A stretch of 55,580 nucleotides of DNA, filler included, from Sphacelaria rigidula (taxonomy: Eukaryota), in assembly GCA_964200075.2 (NCBI GenBank). It is 6 parts of 6 records of this genome, joined end to end, with 100 filler letters (N's around TTAATTAATTAA, not from the genome) between each part and the next. Parts side by side here need not be neighbours in the genome. Positions count along the whole stretch, not along the records: positions 46,403 to 55,580 come from CAXNAA020009112.1; 5 more parts are not named here. One strand, written 5' to 3'. The notes beneath the pieces are model-generated. The model did no database searches. It worked only from the letters and a program-made list of their open reading frames with translations, and was not told the DNA's origin. Of the stretch, positions 51,352 to 55,580 are shown piece after piece. A program made the position numbers and the translations under genes. Every line of letters begins with the position of its first letter. Within the stretch, counting starts at the first letter, position 1.

Positions 51352-51610
51352 GCCGCCCTGCAGGCTGAACAGCAACACCAGCAACAGTCGCGGCAGCAGC
51401 AGCACTCAACCGGGGGCGCTTCGCGGCTGGCACGACAAGGAGCAGCTACTATTGCCGGCGCTGCGGATGCTACACCCGGCAGCGAAGGACTGAGGTTGAC
51501 TGCAGGAGGGACATACTCACACGATCTCGAGGCACTCCTGCGACAGCAGCAGTCACAGCATGAGCTGGAGCAGGGTGCTGTATCGGGGCAGGGTCAGAAT
51601 GTTTTACGAG

Positions 51611-51654
<44 letters not shown>

Positions 51655-51972
51655 CAACAGCTGAGGTTGCCGTCGCCCCAGGTGTCAGCGCCGCAAAGTC
51701 CCCACGGCTCGGCGCACAATCGGCATCATCATAGTCAACGACATGCGCGCTCCTTGTCTTCTACGTCGTCTGTGGCCGAGAGTAACAGCCAACCCGCAGC
51801 AGCAGGGGGGGGAGTAGTGGGTGTGAGATCACACCTGCCGCCGCTGGTGCAATCGCGGCAACAAGAATTGCACTCTTCCCTTGCGGACGGCCCGGACAAC
51901 GGCGGCAGCAACGATGGCGAACTATTGCCAGGTGTCGGGGGATTCTTGGGAGCGGGGGGAGGGCAGCAACAG

Positions 51973-52031
<59 letters not shown>

Positions 52032-53043
52032 CATGTCACGGTCGTCGGCTGGTGCACCCCACCGCCACAGCGGATCGCCCTTGTTGCAGGAAGGGCTGCT
52101 CACCCGCGGAGAGTTGGCAGGGCAGCGGCATGTAGATGACGGGCGTCAGGACGACTTGGCGCAGACTCTGTTGTCGCAGACTGACGATGGTGATGAAGAG
52201 TTAGGGTCGCCTCTGCCGCCGCCGCCTCCAATAACAGCCGTCACAGCAGGAGCAGCAGCCGCGGCCGCAGCAGCAACATTAGTGAGAGATAATACGAGGG
52301 AGCAAGATGGAATGTCGTCAGCAGGTGGGGGGTCGCAGACCCGATGGAGCAAGCAGCAGCACCAACAGCAGCAGCTGCGGTCTGATGCGCACCATGGTCA
52401 GCGACATAACCGCCACGACGGACTCGTGTCGCCCCAAGTGCAGTTACTGCCACGCGTGGAGGGTGCCGGCGACGCGCAAAGGTCCCCGACGTTGGCCGCA
52501 TTCGCGGGAAGAGAAGCTGGCAAGACAGGGGGTGATGGCCGTGGCGGCGGTGGCGGCGGCGGCGGCGATAGCGAGAGCGCACATGTTCAGTGGCACCGGG
52601 AGGCGGACAGTGGTATGGCCTCCGCTGGTTATCTTCAGCGACAGCAGCCGGTACACCCCACCGCGCGTTTACCGTCGCCCATGCAGGCGTTCGGAATGGG
52701 GGGAACGGGGGGAAGCGGGGTCGGGGTGGGGTGGAGAGACGGAGTGGGAGACGATGGCGGCGGCGGAGGGCTGCAAGATGGCCGTGGTTTCGAACTTCGT
52801 GGGCATGTTCAAGAAGGTGGTGGTGTTGGGGGGAGAGAGGGGGGGGGAACGGGGATGACGCGTGTCCTCGGCGCATCTGAGTGGTCGGCAGCGGTGGATG
52901 CGGTGAGAGATGGAATCCTTGAGGAAGATGAAAGGGTGAGCCCGCAGGAGCAAGAGCAGCAGCAGCAGCAGCAGCAACGGGAAAACGTATCGTCCGAATA
53001 TAGTAGCGATGGTAGGCCGCGGCCGAATTTAGGAGGCTGGTAG
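51352..53043 (+). CDS. Large low-complexity polyQ/polyG exon of an unidentified gene, probably terminal
   Basis: 1.7-kb stop-free frame in which the CAG runs read as Gln; pyrimidine-rich upstream region and an in-frame GACAG|GCC acceptor. No recognisable domain. An earlier donor, e.g. AGG|GTGAG near 52935, is possible. Confidence 0.6.
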
Positions 53044-53679
53044 CAGCCCTGAGAAGATAGCGTGTATTGCTTCCCGAAGTGGGATGAATTGGGGTCATTG
53101 GCCGCCGCCGAAGTGCGAGGCATTTTGTGGGTGGTGACCTCACACTGCGCGTGCCAAGAGCATTCACTAGATAAGGCACGGGACCCTTTTTTTTTGTCTC
53201 TGTACTCCTCCTTCTCAAGTTGGTGTGTGTACCTCTGCGAGCTGTGTACTTTTTGTCGCCCTTCGGGTCCGAACACGAGGGGAAATGATCAACGGGTGGA
53301 CGTGTTAAGCCTCGAGCGTGTTGGCGTGTTGGTGTCAAGTGTTGTCGGCGATGCTGTAGTTTTCATGTGATTGGTGCTGTCCTTGTCTCTTTGCCTCTTC
53401 GTCTCTTTTGTCTCTCTTGTCTCTCTTGTCTCCTTGTCTCCTTGTCTCCCTCCTCCTCTCGGCGGGCGAGGCTTGACGGTTTGGTTGGTGACTATTTATC
53501 GCCGTTGTAAAGGGAGTTTGGTCTCACCATTTTGTGTGTACTTTATTTGCCCCATGTTGCTCGAGAAGAGATACGCCTTTGGTCACATCCACTGCACGAG
53601 GTGCGCATGTCTATTTTGTCCTCGAAGCGCTTGTCCGTTGCGAAAAGTGACGGGGGGCGCGTGCGGACGCGCGAGAGGT

Positions 53680-53870
53680 TGTACTCAATGATCTTGCATA
53701 CCGTAGTCATATGACCATTGACCTCGCATCCCGACAAAGCCCGGACGGAGCAAGCCGGCTTCTCGCCGGACCAGGCTTGAATCACTCACCAAGCGCGAAG
53801 CGCTGTGATGTGTTCGGCGAATCGCATGAAGGGTGAAGTGCATCCTGCTAAGATTGTTCGGCCCGAAAGT
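53680..53870 (+). repeat. Modular repeat copy (B plus the first half of A)
   Basis: Colinear with 24582-24770 and with the reverse of 22480-22667. Confidence 0.7.
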
Positions 53871-54292
53871 TCCGCCGACTGAACGCTCGTGAATAGACTG
53901 ACCAGCAAAATTGTATGCCTGTCACCGTGATAGCCTTACATTGAGCTAGGTCAATGAGTATTAGACGACAACGTTTCCCTGTGACGAAGGGCCGTGAGCG
54001 TCACCCTACCACGCTCCACGATTGATTGATTGATTTGATTGATTATCTCACATTAGCCCCACTCCACGATATACAGCTATTGATAACCCGATGGAAGCTC
54101 AAAAAAATTGCCAGTACCCGATCGTCTAACGGACGATATTTGTGTATGTATTTGTGTAAGGAAAAGAGAAGGAGAGATAAACAGACAGGCAGATAGACCG
54201 ACATATGGAGAAAGATAGAACTAGCTGCGTGGCTGTCTCGGTCCTCGTGGAAGCAGCGCAACTGATCCGGGACTGTCCCGTGTGTAAAGTGC

Positions 54293-54446
54293 GTACTCGT
54301 ACGAGCTGGAACACGCACGGGTGGCCACTGGGGTGCCTGCAACCTCAAATTTGAACGTTACAGACGTTGCACAAGGTCTGTAACGTACAAATTTGAGGTT
54401 AAAGGCACCCCAGTGGCCACCGGTGCGTGCGCAGTTCATCCGAGAG
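54293..54446. repeat. Hairpin / palindromic MITE-like sequence
   Basis: CACGCACGGGTGGCCACTGGGGTGCC..AACCTCAAATTTG.ACGTTACAGAC pairs with its reverse complement; core 54312-54429. Confidence 0.8.
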
Positions 54447-55015
54447 TGTCGATCAGGAGTAGAGGTGACGGGCCGCTACATGTGTGGTTCCAGATACCTT
54501 GTCTCCTGTGCGAAAGAACAGTTGAAACTTGTCATCACCTGCCCACATGCCTTCATTTTCCGAGAACCATCTTCATGCCCACCAAGTGGTAAACTGTAGT
54601 GTCTCTCAAAGTAGACTGGTCGTCGAATGGTATCGAGAAGATTCGAGGTCCTCCCCATTCCACATCAATAGAGGTATCTCCAATTCGGGGATCCTGGTAT
54701 ATTGGACGAATAGTTCAGGAAGTTCTGGATTACGAATTTGAGATAACTCAACGGACATCCCTAAATGACATCGGGGATTCTCCGAATGGATCTTTGCGAA
54801 AGATCCGTCCCGGTTCATACCGTGAAGGGGAACCAAGAATCGTCAAGAACGGTGAAGAACAGCTTCCATTTGATAGTTTCACCAGCAACTATTGTTGTAA
54901 TGCGTATGACCACGTCACGTTTCTCGATCCTCGTGGTTGCAAGTCGGGAAAAACTTGGCGACTTCTTGTAGGAAAAATTGATGTTCCGTACTGTGTGAGG
55001 AAGGCATATCGCTAG

Positions 55016-55321
55016 AAAAAATGTTTTCGTGAGATTGAGAATAGAGCGCTGACTGAGAGTGGCTTGGATCATTCGCTTTGACCTGGCCCTTTTTTTATTC
55101 CTTGTGTGATTTCCTTTGCCCCTACCACTAGCGTGTGCTTACAGCTACACGTCGATATCCTACTCAGGGATATCAAGGGCCTCAGTGGCAAGTTACGGCA
55201 GAAAGCATATCGGGCCTCGTGGAGGGACATTTCGGAACTGAAACGATTCAGCCAGTCACTGATTGACCGCTTTTCACTCTCAATCGTATCCTCTACTCTC
55301 AATCTCACGAAAACATTGTTT
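55016..55321. mobile_element. Complete second copy of the MITE found in the satellite
   Basis: TGTTTTCGTGAGATTGAG ... CTCAATCTCACGAAAACA TIRs; shared internal CACTAGCGTGTGCTTACAGCTACACGTCGATATCCT. Confidence 0.8.
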
Positions 55322-55580
55322 TGAGTAGTCAGAGACATACGGGGGAGACTGCCGTCCTGATGTCGAAGGAACTCCGAGGCTGGCGATGATTTCCTCTTGT
55401 ATATGTAGGCAAGAAGGTGTCAGACGAGAAGTGGTCGCCCGGGGGCCACCAGCTCCTCGGGGGATGTTGGTCCGTCCTGATATTAGGCTCTTCCTGGCAT
55501 CACCCCAAGTTGTCTAGTATCGTTGGCATTACAGGGCCCTCGGTGATCTGGTCCTTCCGGACTGTTCCTACCTTGTACCT

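Noticed and set aside
52241-53338. 365-aa minus-strand ORF
   Set aside because: It is the antisense shadow of the GC-rich polyQ exon.

Overview
Eukaryotic, repeat-dominated DNA, most likely from a brown alga (Phaeophyceae). That assignment is inferred from the short exons in multi-kb introns, a polyQ/polyG exon, and Ectocarpus-like RTE and Gypsy peptides recalled from memory. The window is not one locus. Five identical 100-nt linkers (N44-TTAATTAATTAA-N44) split it into six pieces of 9181, 9181, 9181, 9180, 9179 and 9178 nt, which looks like unplaced contigs concatenated in size order. Contig 1 holds three phase-compatible minus-strand exons of a JMJD6-like gene; its introns carry a tRNA-derived SINE, MITEs and a decayed RTE LINE. 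Contig 2 is a decayed Ty3/Gypsy element. Contig 3 holds two exons of a DUF819 membrane-protein gene, a deleted mariner, a hAT end and a modular repeat arranged like split direct repeats. Contig 4 is a 7-kb satellite of about 62-63-bp units with higher-order structure. Contig 5 holds an intact intronless histone H4 gene with a 3' stem-loop, ACCCA and an HDE-like purine element, plus nested DNA transposons. Contig 6 holds RTE 3' ends, MITEs and a 1.7-kb low-complexity exon. All alignments were made by eye; no searches were run.
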